Below are positions 19,939 to 30,639 of a stretch of 64,000 nt of DNA, one piece after another. The notes beneath the pieces are model-generated. The model saw only the letters and a list, made by a program, of their open reading frames with translations, was not told where the DNA came from and made no database searches. Source of the stretch: Candidatus Latescibacterota bacterium (GTDB taxonomy: Bacteria > Latescibacterota > UBA2968 > UBA8231); assembly GCA_965206595.1 (NCBI GenBank), contig OZ242214.1, positions 3,520,001 to 3,584,000 on the forward strand. The letters are read 5' to 3'. How positions within the stretch are numbered: the stretch's first letter is position 1; every line of letters starts with the position of its first letter. The position numbers were made by a program, and so were the translations under genes.

Positions 19939-21687
19939 TCAACGCCGAAACGGGGCGCTCTCCTCGATTCCCGCCCCTTCGCGAACGAGGTAGTAGGCCC
20001 CCGTCGCGAGCCCCCGAACTTCCTCTGCCTTGCCGCTGGGCCAGCGGATCGCGACCCGATCTACCGCACCGTCCCCGGGAAGCCCGATGCGCAGGCGCGG
20101 ATCCTGGCTCGCCAGGTAGGAGGATCCGGCGTGGACCTCGCGCAGCAGTCTGCGCCCCCCGGTTTCGATCAGCACCCGTGCGCCAAAGGCGTCGCGGTTC
20201 GACCCGGGTGGGGAGCCCTCCAGGCGCAGGCCGAGGGAGGGGCGCTCCTGTCCAACCATGTTCTCGAGGAGCGACGCCTGCGAGCCGTTGTTGTTGATGA
20301 CGAGATCGTCGTCTCCGTCTCCGTCGATGTCGGCGGCGGCGAGGCCGCGGCCGGCGCGCCTGGGAAGCTCGTCTCCACCCCGCGAAGCCAGGACCTCGCG
20401 AAAGCTGCCGCCGGTGTTTTCGAACAGCAGGTCGTCCTGCTCGAAGGAACTGCCTTCCTTGACGAGCGCGATATTGTCGATGACGTGGCCGTTGGCGACG
20501 AACAGGTCGAGGTCGCTGTCGAGGTCGAAGTCGAGGAAGCAGGTCCCGAAGCCGACGTAGGCGAGGGTCGCGGCCCCCAGGCCGCTGCCGTAGCTGACCT
20601 CCATGGCCGCGGCCCCGCCGTCGTTTCGATACAGGGAGTTGGTCTGGGCTTCGAGGTTGGACACCGTGATGTCGAGGTCGAGATCGCCGTCGTAGTCCCC
20701 CATGTCGGTTCCCATCCCGGCCTCGGCCACGGCGTCGTACCCGAAAGCGACGCCGTAGTAGATCGCCTCCTCCGTGAAGCGGGGGCTGCCTGCTTCCTCC
20801 AGGTGGTTGATGTAGAGGAAGTTGGCGGTGCCGTCGTTGGCGACGTAGAGATCGGGGTCGCCGTCCCCCTCGAAATCCCCGGCGACGACCCCGAGACCCT
20901 TGCCGGAGCAATCGGTGATTCCCAGTTCCCGGGATACGTCTGCGAAACTGCCGCTGCCGTCGTTGCGGAGCAGCCTGTCGCAGATACCCCCGTACGCCTG
21001 CGGCCCGCAGTAGACCTCGACACCCGACCGCTTGCACGGGGTGAAGGTCCCGGGGTCGAAATCGACGTATCCGGCGACGTAGAGATCGAGGTCGCCGTCG
21101 AGGTCGAAATCGAAGAAGGTGGCCGATGTCGACCACCCGGAAATGTCGATCCCCGCAGCCTCCGTGACCTCTTGGAAAACGCCGTCGCCGCGGTTCCTGA
21201 AGAGGAGATCCGCGCCGTAGTTCCCCACGAAGAGATCCGGGCCCCCGTCGTTCTCCACGTCCCCCACTGCCATCCCCATGCCGTACCCCTCGTCGCCGAG
21301 CGCCGCGGCCTCGGTGATGTCGGTGAACGACCCGAATCCGTCGTTGCGGAAAAACCGGTTGCGGGGAGAACCATCAGACTTCGGCGTCCCCGGGAGGGGG
21401 GCACCGTTCAGCAGATAGAGATCGAAATCACCGTCCTGGTCATGATCGAGAAAGCCGGCACCCGAACCCATGATCTCCACGATGTAGCGTTTCCCCGTGA
21501 AACCGGTGAAATGGCGAAATTCGACGCCGCGCTCCTGCGCGACATCGCGAAAAATTACCCTGGGACCGGCTGCCGGCGCTGGCGTCCGCCCGGGGTTGCC
21601 GGCAGCCGTCGTGCCGGACTCCCCGTTGCAGCCCGGGCACGACGCCGCGGCTGCGGCCACGGCGAGAACCCGCAGCCCCCGACCCAT
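19939..21687 (-). CDS. CRTAC1-like FG-GAP/ASPIC-UnbV lipoprotein
   Basis: Signal peptide with Cys; DFDLDGDLDLYV repeats; EAGMG; SSYLASQDPRLRIGL. Confidence 0.9.
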   Translation of the reverse strand: MGRGLRVLAVAAAAASCPGCNGESGTTAAGNPGRTPAPAAGPRVIFRDVAQERGVEFRHFTGFTGKRYIVEIMGSGAGFLDHDQDGDFDLYLLNGAPLPGTPKSDGSPRNRFFRNDGFGSFTDITEAAALGDEGYGMGMAVGDVENDGGPDLFVGNYGADLLFRNRGDGVFQEVTEAAGIDISGWSTSATFFDFDLDGDLDLYVAGYVDFDPGTFTPCKRSGVEVYCGPQAYGGICDRLLRNDGSGSFADVSRELGITDCSGKGLGVVAGDFEGDGDPDLYVANDGTANFLYINHLEEAGSPRFTEEAIYYGVAFGYDAVAEAGMGTDMGDYDGDLDLDITVSNLEAQTNSLYRNDGGAAAMEVSYGSGLGAATLAYVGFGTCFLDFDLDSDLDLFVANGHVIDNIALVKEGSSFEQDDLLFENTGGSFREVLASRGGDELPRRAGRGLAAADIDGDGDDDLVINNNGSQASLLENMVGQERPSLGLRLEGSPPGSNRDAFGARVLIETGGRRLLREVHAGSSYLASQDPRLRIGLPGDGAVDRVAIRWPSGKAEEVRGLATGAYYLVREGAGIEESAPFRR

Positions 21688-21708
21688 CCTCGAACCTGCC
21701 CACCCCAA

Positions 21709-23016
21709 TTATCGCCCCGCCCCGGTCCGCTCGCCCGGGGCCCGTTCCCCGGAAAGCTTGCGGACCAGCGGTCCCACAGCGGGATTGCGCGGGGCGCGGG
21801 TGCGCAGGGTACGCAGCTCGGCCGCGGCTTCGTAGCGGCGGCCCATTGCGAGATAGAGCTCGACAAGCTCGACGCGGGCGGCGTGGTCGCCGGGATCGAC
21901 GGCGATCCGTTCCTTGAGCTTCTGCGACTGCTGTTCCAGGGGAAGCATCTCCTTGAAGCGATCCGCGGCCTCCCGCGCCGCGTCCCGGTCGCCGAGGTGG
22001 CGGAGCGAAATTGCCAGCGCCCGCAACGCGGGAGCGTGCCCGGGGGAGATCTCCAGCGCCTTTTCGAGATGGGTCCTGGCGAGGGAGTGGTCGCCGAGCT
22101 GCTGGGCCGTGAGCCCGCGGTGTCGATGCGCCTCGGCGAGGTGGCGGGGTTCGGCTTCCTCACCCTTGGCGAGCAGGCGCTCGTGGGCTTCGGCGGCGCC
22201 CTCGAACTGGCCGAGCCGGTAGAGCAGCACCCCCAGCTCGAGCAGCAGGAAATCCTCCTCCCTCAGCGCCAGCGCCATCTCGAGAGCCTGGCGCGCTTCC
22301 TCGAGTGCATTGGCCGCCAATGCGTACTCGAAGGTCTTGTAGAGAACATGGGAGTGCCGGGCATCCGCAGGGAAGGCTTCGAGCCGGCGGTAATATCCCC
22401 ACAGCCCCTGCCGGGCGGCCTCGATCCTGCCGCCGAGATAGAACGCCTCGGCGAGCCAGACCCGGCTCGAGTGGTTCCCCGGCTCCAGGTCCACGGCGGT
22501 CTGCAAATCGCGCTGCGCCGCTTCGTAGTCTCCCAGCTGCAGAAAGGTGTGTCCCCGCAGGCGGTAAAAGGTCCCGTTCTCCGGGGCCTTGGCGATCGCC
22601 CGGGAAAACCTCTCGATGGCCGCATCCGGTCTCTGCTCGCGAAGGAGTATGCTTCCGAGGGCGTGATCCAGGCCGGAATCGAGCGGCCGCGGGCTGGCCG
22701 TTTCCGCGGCGAGCAGCAGGAGTTTGGCGCGCTGGAACATCCCCGGCGTTTCGCGGTTGTTCCGCTGCCTTTTTTCGAGCTGCTGCGCCTGTGTGAAGAG
22801 GATCTGACCGAACAGGTAGGTGAGACGGAAATCCCCGGCGTCCTGTCGCATCCCGGCTTCGCAGATTGCGGCCGCCTCTGCGAGCCGCCCCTTCTCGAAC
22901 AGTTCCAGGGCCCGAGCATAACGGCCGCCACTCTCCTCCCCGGAATGGCCCGGGTCGACGTATCCGGCGTCGAGGAGGAAGGCGAGAACGGCGATTGCGA
23001 GCCGGCTATGTCCCAT
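21709..23016 (-). CDS. Tetratricopeptide-repeat protein
   Basis: N-terminal hydrophobic stretch; TPR units (RGHTFLQLGDYEAAQRDLQTAVDLEP); adjacent to and co-directional with the FG-GAP gene. Confidence 0.85.
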   Translation of the reverse strand: MGHSRLAIAVLAFLLDAGYVDPGHSGEESGGRYARALELFEKGRLAEAAAICEAGMRQDAGDFRLTYLFGQILFTQAQQLEKRQRNNRETPGMFQRAKLLLLAAETASPRPLDSGLDHALGSILLREQRPDAAIERFSRAIAKAPENGTFYRLRGHTFLQLGDYEAAQRDLQTAVDLEPGNHSSRVWLAEAFYLGGRIEAARQGLWGYYRRLEAFPADARHSHVLYKTFEYALAANALEEARQALEMALALREEDFLLLELGVLLYRLGQFEGAAEAHERLLAKGEEAEPRHLAEAHRHRGLTAQQLGDHSLARTHLEKALEISPGHAPALRALAISLRHLGDRDAAREAADRFKEMLPLEQQSQKLKERIAVDPGDHAARVELVELYLAMGRRYEAAAELRTLRTRAPRNPAVGPLVRKLSGERAPGERTGAGR

Positions 23017-23440
23017 GTGCAGTGTCGATCGGCGTCAACTCCCGCGTGCTTCCTGTTGTCCCTCTGGTTTCGTCCTGACAGTCCCCCGAAAGTAACCTTG
23101 CGATGAAGGTGGGCGAAAGCCGTTCGAAGCCGGAGAGTCTTGCCCGAAGCCTCCCCAACCCCTTTCGTACGGCCGAACCCGAAGCTCGCCGCCGTCGATC
23201 CGGGAAACGAACATCGAGGGGCCGCGTCCGCGACTCCCCCGTACAGCATCCGGTTCTTCACGCCGCGGACCCGAACGCCCGCCCGAGTGCCTGCGCGCAG
23301 CAATTCCGCGTGAATTCGGCCGCCGCTGCACCTGGAGGGGAAAACCCGGTTCAATCCAAACCAGTTCACCGGTGCGGTTTTCCCCTCGATCCCGGCATCG
23401 GTGCCCTCGTTCGTACGCTTACTTACGCGCTCAGGCACTA

Positions 23441-24608
23441 GTGTCACGTCCCATGAATTAGCTTAAAAAGTCTGGTGATCTTTGCGAGAATCGATTCGGC
23501 CGTCGCCGTCCACACAAACGGGTGTGATTGGGCGTTATAGCGGTCGGTGAATTCCTGAATGTTGGCGACCAGGTCCTTCACCTTCTTGAAGGTCCCACGG
23601 CGGATGGCTTTCTGCGTGAGGATGCCGAACCAGATCTCCACCTGGTTGAGCCAAGAGGCGTAGGTCGGTGTATAGTGAACGTGGTATCGCGGACGCGCTG
23701 CGATCCACCGTTTGACCTTTTCGTGCGTGTGCGTGGCGTAGTTATCTACGACGAGATGGATGTCAAGGTCTTTGGGGACGTTTTGATCTATGTATTTGAG
23801 GAACTGCAGGAATTCCTGGTGCCGATGCCGGGGTTTGCATTGGGTCAGGACTTTGCCCGATGCAATCTCGAGCGCCGCGAACAAGGTCGTGGTGCCGTGC
23901 CGGATATAGCTGTGCGTAACGCCTTCCACATAGCCCAGGCCCAAAGGCAGAATCGGCTGCGTCCGTTCCAGGGCCTGGATCTGGCTCTTCTCGTCGACGC
24001 ATAACACCATGGCCTTGTCCGGAGGGTTCAGGTAGAGGCCTACGATGTCTCTGACTTTGTCCACAAAAAACGGGTCGTTGGACAGCTTGAAGTGCTTCTG
24101 TCGATGCGGCTGCAGACCAAACGCTTTCCATACCCGTTGAACGGTGGACTTGGAGAGGTTGGCCTCGGCGGCGAGGGAACGGCACGTCCAGTGCGTGGCC
24201 CCCTTCGGTGGGTGCTCGAGAGTCGTATGAATCAAAGCGGCGACCTTCTCATCGCTTATCGACCGCGGACCCCCGGGGCGCAGTTCATCGTAGAGCCCCA
24301 TCAGGCCTTGCTCGCAGAAACGACGGCGCCACTTGCCAACCGAAGCGCCCGACAGCCCAAGATGCTGTCCGATCTGTTGATTGGTGAGCCCCTCATCGCT
24401 CATCAAGACGATCTTGGCTCGCCGCACATGCGCATGAGGCAGGCTACGGGAACGGGCCATGGATTCGAGTTGGGCACGAACTTCGTCACTGAGGGTGAGC
24501 GGCTTCAGGGGACGTCCCATTGCCATTAGGTTCCTCCTTGCGGTATCCCTATAGGGGAAACCTAATGAGAAGATCACATTTTTACAAGATATTCCTGGGA
24601 CGGGACAC
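23441..24608 (-). mobile_element. IS630-family insertion sequence (copy A)
   Basis: Terminal IRs GTGTCACGTCCCATGAAT (from 23441) and reverse complement GTGTCCCGTCCCAGGAAT (ending 24608); flanked by TA at 23439-23440 and 24609-24610. Confidence 0.9.
23444..24526 (-). CDS. IS630 family transposase
   Basis: AAGGAGG RBS then MAMGRP; N-terminal HTH; DDE motifs [27 protein letters not shown]. Confidence 0.95.
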   Translation of the reverse strand: MAMGRPLKPLTLSDEVRAQLESMARSRSLPHAHVRRAKIVLMSDEGLTNQQIGQHLGLSGASVGKWRRRFCEQGLMGLYDELRPGGPRSISDEKVAALIHTTLEHPPKGATHWTCRSLAAEANLSKSTVQRVWKAFGLQPHRQKHFKLSNDPFFVDKVRDIVGLYLNPPDKAMVLCVDEKSQIQALERTQPILPLGLGYVEGVTHSYIRHGTTTLFAALEIASGKVLTQCKPRHRHQEFLQFLKYIDQNVPKDLDIHLVVDNYATHTHEKVKRWIAARPRYHVHYTPTYASWLNQVEIWFGILTQKAIRRGTFKKVKDLVANIQEFTDRYNAQSHPFVWTATAESILAKITRLFKLIHGT

Positions 24609-24610
24609 TA

Positions 24611-25777
24611 GTGTTCTGTCGTGTAATTAACTGTACAAACAATTGAAGGTGCCGTAGGTTTCTCTTATCCCCCTTCTGAAAGGAGAGACCTATGGTGACG
24701 GGGCGTCCATTACCGCCGTTAGAGCTGAGTCCGTCGGACCGGGAACGATTGGAATCGATGGCCAAATCCCGGAGCCTTTCCCACGGGTTGGTGCGGCGAG
24801 CCGAGATTATTCTGCTGGCCGCAGAAGGCTGGCCCAATGAAGCCGTCGCCGCCGCCGTGGGTGTGACGCGTGCTACGGTCGGCAAGTGGCGCCGGCGCTT
24901 TCTCGAAAACGGGCTCCAGGGCTTGCATGATGAGCTGCGCTCAGGGGCGCCACGATCGAGTACGGATGAACAGGTAGCCGAGGTGGTATACAAGACCCTG
25001 AAGACCAAGCCCAAAGACGAAACACAGTGGTCGGTGCGCTCCATGGGCGAAGAAACCGGCTTGACCAAGGACGCGGTTCATCGCATTTGGCGCACGTATG
25101 GTTTGCAGCCCCATCGACACAAGCACTTCACGCTTTCCACCGATCCTTTCTTTGTCGACAAAGTACGGGATATCGTCGGCTTGTACCTGAATCCACCCGA
25201 GCACGCCCTGGTGCTGTGCGTCGACGAGAAGAGCCGGATCCAGGCGTTGGAACGAAGTCAGCCCATGCTGCCCCTGGGACTGGGATACGTGGAAGGGATT
25301 ACGCACGATTACAAGCGCCATGGCACCACCACCCTGTTTGCCGCCTTGGACGTAGCCACCGGGGAAGTGATGACCCAGTGCAAGCCCCGTCATCGTCACC
25401 AGGAGTTCCTTCAGTTCCTGCGCCACATCGAGGCCCACGTCCCCGCTGACCTCGATATTCATCTCGTCGTCGACAACTACGCCACGCATAAGCATGCCAA
25501 GGTCAAGCGATGGTTGGCACGGCGTCCCCGATTTCACGTTCACTACACCCCCACCTATGCTTCGTGGCTCAATCAGGTGGAGATCTGGTTCAATATCCTT
25601 ACCCGCCAGGCGGTTCGCCGGGACTCGTTCCGCAAGGTGTCGGAGCTCATCGAGCGCATCGAACGCTACACGGCCAAATGGAACGCCAACGCACACCCTT
25701 TCGTGTGGACGGCTACGGCCGATTCCATCCTCGCGAAAATCAAGAGACTTTGCGAACGAATCTCTGCGACACAACAC
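24611..25777 (+). mobile_element. IS630-family insertion sequence (copy B)
   Basis: IRs GTGTTCTGTCG (from 24611) and reverse complement GTGTTGTGTCG (ending 25777); TA at 24609-24610 and 25778-25779; the transposase stop codon uses the target TA. Confidence 0.9.
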
Positions 25778-25780
25778 TAG
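24692..25780 (+). CDS. IS630 family transposase
   Basis: Same DDE motifs ([27 protein letters not shown]); diverged homolog of copy A. Confidence 0.95.
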   Translation: MVTGRPLPPLELSPSDRERLESMAKSRSLSHGLVRRAEIILLAAEGWPNEAVAAAVGVTRATVGKWRRRFLENGLQGLHDELRSGAPRSSTDEQVAEVVYKTLKTKPKDETQWSVRSMGEETGLTKDAVHRIWRTYGLQPHRHKHFTLSTDPFFVDKVRDIVGLYLNPPEHALVLCVDEKSRIQALERSQPMLPLGLGYVEGITHDYKRHGTTTLFAALDVATGEVMTQCKPRHRHQEFLQFLRHIEAHVPADLDIHLVVDNYATHKHAKVKRWLARRPRFHVHYTPTYASWLNQVEIWFNILTRQAVRRDSFRKVSELIERIERYTAKWNANAHPFVWTATADSILAKIKRLCERISATQH

Positions 25781-28771
25781 GTGAATCTTCTCCGCCTCAC
25801 CCTCTTTCTCTCATTCGCCGCATCCGGGTTCGCCGGGCTCATATACGAGTCGATCTGGAGCCGCTACCTCAAGCTGATCCTCGGGCACTCCGCCTATGCC
25901 CAGAGTCTCGTCATCGCCCTCTTCATGGGCGGCCTCTCCCTGGGCTCCTGGCTCGCGAGCCGGTACTCGGTCCGCTGGCGCAACCTGCTGCGCTGGTACG
26001 CCGCCGCCGAGGCGGTGATCGGCGTTCTGGGCCTGCTGTTCCAGCCCCTGTTCGAGGGGGTCTCCGGGCTGGCTTTCGGCACCCTCATGCCCGCCCTCGG
26101 CTCTCCCGGGGCGGTCGGGGCCCTGAAGCTGCTGCTGTCTGCCCTGCTCATCCTGCCCCCCTCGGTGCTCCTCGGAATGACCTTCCCGTTGATGAGCGCC
26201 GGCATCGTGCGCCTGCACCCGCGCCTCGCCGGCTCGTCGATCGCCACCCTCTACTTCGCCAACAGCATCGGCGCCGCCGGCGGCGTTCTCGCCAGCGGCT
26301 TCCTCCTGGTCGGGCGCTTCGGGCTTCCCGGCACCATCCTCGCCGCGGCGGTGCTCAACCTCCTGGTCGCCGCGGTCGTCTACGTCGCCGCGCGCGCGGC
26401 GCCGGGGCCGGGGTTCGCAAGCGGATCCCCCGCGGAGGGTGCGGGAAGGAATGGGGGGCCGGCGGTTCGCTACGACCTCATGCTCCTGGTGGCGGCGCTT
26501 ACCGGGCTGGCCTCCTTCATCTACGAGATCGGCTGGATTCGGATGCTCAGCCTCGTCCTCGGCAGCTCGACGCACTCGTTCGAGCTCATGCTGAGCGCCT
26601 TCATCGCCGGCCTCGCCTTCGGAGGCCTGTGGATCCGGCATCGCATCGACTCCATCTCCGACCCGGTGCACTTCCTGGCCGCGGTGCAGCTGGCGATGGG
26701 TCTTCTGGCGCTTGGCACTGTTCCCGTCTACGCCAACTGCTTCGAGCTGATGGGATGGATCATGAAGAGCCTGCCGCGAACGGAGCAGGGATACACCCTT
26801 TTCAACCTCGCCGGTCACGGGGTCGCCCTGCTCGTGATGTTCCCGGCCACCTTCTGCGCCGGCATGACACTGCCCCTGATAACACAGGCTCTGTTGAAAG
26901 GCGGTTCGGGCGAGAAAAGCATCGGGGCCGTGTACGCGGCCAACACCCTGGGCGCCATCGCCGGGGTCCTCCTGGCGACCCACCTCGGGATGCCCCTGCT
27001 GGGCCTGAAGGGCCTCGTTTCCGCGGGGGCGGCGGTCGACCTCGGTCTCGGAGTGGCGTTGTTGCACCTGTCGGCCGGAGCGGCCCGCAGGCTGCCGGCG
27101 GCGGCCGCGGTCGTCGGCCTCCTGGCCCTGGCCGCGGTCCTGGCAGGGGTCCGCCTCGATCCGCTGAAGATGGCTTCCGGGGTGTACCGCTACGGAGACC
27201 TCATCTCGGAGGAAAAGGCGCAGAACACCTTCCACAAGGACGGCAGGACCTCGAGTGTCGACCTGGTCCGCTACGCCTCGGGTGGCCTGGTCCTGTTCAC
27301 CAACGGCAAGGGGGAGGCGGCCATCAACCTCGGCGGCGTCGAACCCGAAAGGGACGAGATCACGATGGTCCTGTCCGCGGTGCTGCCGCTGGCTGCCCAC
27401 CCCGGGGCCAGGACCGCGGCCGTAATCGGCATGGGTTCGGGCCAGACGAGCCACGTGCTGCTCGGCAGCGAAAGTCTCGAACGCGTCGACACCATCGAGA
27501 TCGAGGCCGCGGTGATCGAGGCGGCGCGGCGCTTCGGGCCCCACGTCGAGCGCGTCTTCAGCGATCCTCGCAGCGCCATCTTCATCGACGACGCCAGGAG
27601 CTTCCTTTCCACCCACAACGCCCGCTACGACATCATCGTCGCCGAACCCTCGAACCCCTGGGTCAGCGGGGTATCGAGCCTGTTCTCGGCCGAGTTCTAC
27701 GAGCTCGCCGACCGCCATCTCGCCCCGGGCGGGATGCTGGCGCAATGGCTGCAGCTCTACGAAATCGATACCCGGCTCGTCGCCTCGGTGATGGGGGCGC
27801 TGGCCAGGACCTTCCCCGGATACGCGATCTACGCCACCGACGACGCCAACATGCTCATCCTGGCGCACCGGGGAAGCGGCTCCGAAACCCTGGATGAGCA
27901 GCTGTTCGGCCATCCCGGGATCGCCGCTGAGCTGAGACGCCACCGCATTCATTCCGTCGCGGACCTCGAGGTGCGCAGGATCGGCGGCCGCGGCGTTCTG
28001 CAGCCGCTCTTCGACTCGTACGGCTCGCCGCCGAACAGCGACTTCCACCCCTTTCTCGACCTGAACGCCGTGAGGTCGCGCTTCCTCGATCACAGCGCCA
28101 ACGCCCTTCTCGCCATCAGGACCGCGCCCGTGCCGGTGCTCGACATGCTGTCCTCGCCCGGCGGCGGCCGGGGATACCGTTCCTCTTCCCCGGAAGGAAC
28201 CTTTGCGGCCGGGACCGGACTGGCGATGCTGCAGGTGGTTCGCAACGCCCGTGCCATCCGCGACTACTTCGAGCAGCCGAACGCGGAGACCCTGCAGCTG
28301 CTCCCGCCTGAACTGCGCCGCGCCGCGCGGCTGTCGAGAGGGTTCCTCGAGGGATGCTCCCGGCCCGCGGATGCGCAGCAGTGGCTGCAGTCGCTGATCG
28401 GGATCGCCGCGGCGGTGAACCCGGCGCTCGACGATGGCCAGCGCCGGCGGTTCTGGAACCTCGTTGCCTCCTCGGAGTGCTGCCGATCCCTGCCGCAAGC
28501 GGGCAGGTCCTGGGTGTCGCTGTTCGCCGCGGTGGGCAGCCGCGACGCGCGCCGGATGGCCGATATCGGAGCCGAGGTGCTGCGGCGGTCCGGTGGGGCC
28601 CCGGCGAGCTGGCGCAGCTACGCCGTCGCCGCGGCCATGGCGGGCCATCTCGCCCTCCGGGAGAAGGGGAAGGCGGCGCAGCTGTGGGCTCGGTTCCATG
28701 GCGACCTGGGGGACCGGCCGGAGGCAGAGGCCCTGCTGCTACGCCTCCTGAGAGCGCACAGCGAAGGGTAG
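25781..28771 (+). CDS. Fused membrane / spermidine-synthase-like SAM-dependent transferase (996 aa)
   Basis: SGFAGLIYESIW, LYFANSIGAAGG, IYEIGWIRML; VIGMGSG, IEIE, DDARSFL, YDIIVAEPSNPW, LFSAEFY. Confidence 0.85.
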   Translation: MNLLRLTLFLSFAASGFAGLIYESIWSRYLKLILGHSAYAQSLVIALFMGGLSLGSWLASRYSVRWRNLLRWYAAAEAVIGVLGLLFQPLFEGVSGLAFGTLMPALGSPGAVGALKLLLSALLILPPSVLLGMTFPLMSAGIVRLHPRLAGSSIATLYFANSIGAAGGVLASGFLLVGRFGLPGTILAAAVLNLLVAAVVYVAARAAPGPGFASGSPAEGAGRNGGPAVRYDLMLLVAALTGLASFIYEIGWIRMLSLVLGSSTHSFELMLSAFIAGLAFGGLWIRHRIDSISDPVHFLAAVQLAMGLLALGTVPVYANCFELMGWIMKSLPRTEQGYTLFNLAGHGVALLVMFPATFCAGMTLPLITQALLKGGSGEKSIGAVYAANTLGAIAGVLLATHLGMPLLGLKGLVSAGAAVDLGLGVALLHLSAGAARRLPAAAAVVGLLALAAVLAGVRLDPLKMASGVYRYGDLISEEKAQNTFHKDGRTSSVDLVRYASGGLVLFTNGKGEAAINLGGVEPERDEITMVLSAVLPLAAHPGARTAAVIGMGSGQTSHVLLGSESLERVDTIEIEAAVIEAARRFGPHVERVFSDPRSAIFIDDARSFLSTHNARYDIIVAEPSNPWVSGVSSLFSAEFYELADRHLAPGGMLAQWLQLYEIDTRLVASVMGALARTFPGYAIYATDDANMLILAHRGSGSETLDEQLFGHPGIAAELRRHRIHSVADLEVRRIGGRGVLQPLFDSYGSPPNSDFHPFLDLNAVRSRFLDHSANALLAIRTAPVPVLDMLSSPGGGRGYRSSSPEGTFAAGTGLAMLQVVRNARAIRDYFEQPNAETLQLLPPELRRAARLSRGFLEGCSRPADAQQWLQSLIGIAAAVNPALDDGQRRRFWNLVASSECCRSLPQAGRSWVSLFAAVGSRDARRMADIGAEVLRRSGGAPASWRSYAVAAAMAGHLALREKGKAAQLWARFHGDLGDRPEAEALLLRLLRAHSEG

Positions 28772-28882
28772 GAGGTAATTCCCCACTTGTACGGAGCCGG
28801 CCCCGGTCGCGCCAGCGGTTTTCCCGGACCATTGCAGCTTCCGCCTGTCTCTACAACTGCTTGGGACGGAAAAAACTCTCGA

Positions 28883-30601
28883 TCATGGCAACGGTTCTAC
28901 TGCGGAGAGACCGAGTTCATCGGCTTGCTTCTGTTCCAGAAATACCGCAGCGGTGTCGTCGGCATAGACGCACGTCCAGCCGGGTGTATTGTGTAACCCC
29001 TTGATTTCCGGACCCAGAAAATTCTTGTCCAGAATCACCACGGGCAGATTTCCCTCTTGGTCACGTAGCGGTTCCAGCCACCTTTTGATGCCTGATTGAA
29101 TCGCCATTTTTGTTCGGATGTATTGGCGATAGGTGTTAGTAGTGGCGACCTCCAGCCGGCCGTCCATGAATACCCTGCGCTCGGGAGAATTGTGAAAAAT
29201 GTAGACTGCAGCCTGACCCAGATGCGCTACGAATGCGCGCTTGGGAAAGCCCTCCTGTCCGGCGAACCGGGCGGCAGCATGAGCGTACCAATCGGGCATT
29301 TCTCCCAACCCGAATCGGGTTCCACCACTCAAACGTTGCCAGTGACCGCTGAAATTGGTGAAGATCAACGCGGCGAGAACCAGGGGAATCGATGCAGTGA
29401 GCCATCGGCGCCATGGTGAGGTCCCGACCTCCAACCCCGATGCAAGACCCGCGGCCGGACCGGTTGCAACCGGTGAAATTTGGTTTTTCCGCGTGGACCT
29501 GACGCGGAGAACGTCTCCCCAGTTCTGGCACTGGATGCATGCGGCCACAAGAGCAAAGACCGTAAGGTTGCGGGAGGCTTGCCACGCAAGCACCGAAAAA
29601 GCGGTGAAAAGGAGCATCCGCATTACGCTGAGACGCCCTTCCATGGCCAGCCAGATGAAACTTGCAACGACGACAACCCACAGCACCGCCGCCGATGCGA
29701 AATACAGGCTCCAACCATGATGGTGAATGGTATCGAGAGGACGCTGAAATTCGCCGATGTTCATGTAAAGCACCTGATCGACGGAGAATTTCTTGTACAG
29801 CTCCAGCGGAAATAGAGCTCCGTCGTTCAAGTACGGGTTGATCAGACACGCGACACCCACAAGCACCCCGACACAAGCCACCGTGATCCCCGATGGGGCC
29901 TCGGGGGCAGGCTCGACACCCCACCTCCCGCCGGCCAGACAGCGCACCAGTCGATCGACGCCGTATGCGGCCCCCAGGAGCAGCCCGAGCACGAACAGTC
30001 CTTGACAATTGGTCCAGACAACCTGCAGCGGTGGCAGCCACCACATCAGCCGGGGGGTGTGCTCGCCGCGGGACAGGATCCACAGCCACGTGGCCAGAAA
30101 CAGGAGGGACAGCATTTCGGGTCGTACCACTGCCCTGCCCGACAAGCAGATAATCGGCAAAATCCAGCCCGGTGCCGTTCCCCATGGCGATAGATGTCTG
30201 CGTGAGGCTGACCAACCGACAGCAACCGTTGCCAGCAGACAAAACGCCTTGGCCAGAACCAGAAGATTGACACCCCATCCGGGGGAAAGCCGTTCTCCAA
30301 GCGCGTAGATGCCTGCAGCCAGCAATTGAAATCCCCAATGCAGGTCGATCCAGGGTTGCCCCATGTCGGTGAACAAGAACCAATCGCTGAAAGGAACCTG
30401 GCCTCGTTCCCAGATCAGCTGACCTGTGCGCAGGTGCCACCATATGTCGGTGTTTTGCATCGGCCGCCAGCCGAGCAGAAACGCCCAGGTGAAGAGCAAC
30501 GGAACGCAAAGGCGTCCGTCCGAGTCGACGCGGAACACGGCAGCTGTCAGCTTTCCTGACAATGTTTCATTCCGGTTTCGCTGGGGAGGAGATTGCTGCA
30601 C
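28883..30601 (-). CDS. Polytopic membrane protein, GT-C glycosyltransferase-like
   Basis: DIWWHLRTGQLI after the first TM, W..LHWGFQ, VRPEMLS, WTNCQG, LINPY, VFMDGRLE; lower GC than the flanks; start uncertain. Confidence 0.6.
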   Translation of the reverse strand: MQQSPPQRNRNETLSGKLTAAVFRVDSDGRLCVPLLFTWAFLLGWRPMQNTDIWWHLRTGQLIWERGQVPFSDWFLFTDMGQPWIDLHWGFQLLAAGIYALGERLSPGWGVNLLVLAKAFCLLATVAVGWSASRRHLSPWGTAPGWILPIICLSGRAVVRPEMLSLLFLATWLWILSRGEHTPRLMWWLPPLQVVWTNCQGLFVLGLLLGAAYGVDRLVRCLAGGRWGVEPAPEAPSGITVACVGVLVGVACLINPYLNDGALFPLELYKKFSVDQVLYMNIGEFQRPLDTIHHHGWSLYFASAAVLWVVVVASFIWLAMEGRLSVMRMLLFTAFSVLAWQASRNLTVFALVAACIQCQNWGDVLRVRSTRKNQISPVATGPAAGLASGLEVGTSPWRRWLTASIPLVLAALIFTNFSGHWQRLSGGTRFGLGEMPDWYAHAAARFAGQEGFPKRAFVAHLGQAAVYIFHNSPERRVFMDGRLEVATTNTYRQYIRTKMAIQSGIKRWLEPLRDQEGNLPVVILDKNFLGPEIKGLHNTPGWTCVYADDTAAVFLEQKQADELGLSAVEPLP

Positions 30602-30639
30602 AGCTGCAGCAGGATTTGAGCCTCGGGTACATCATACAG

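Noticed and set aside
19624-23106. 1160-aa plus-strand ORF, and similar long ORFs 8996..11281 (-), 25811..28699 (-), 59487..61757 (+), 5122..6570 (+)
   Set aside because: Antisense shadows of well-supported genes; high GC and strong codon bias suppress stop codons on the opposite strand; no recognisable motifs.
23017-23440. 112-aa ORF 23103..23441 and weak inverted repeats
   Set aside because: Low-complexity translation with no motif; more likely the divergent promoter region.
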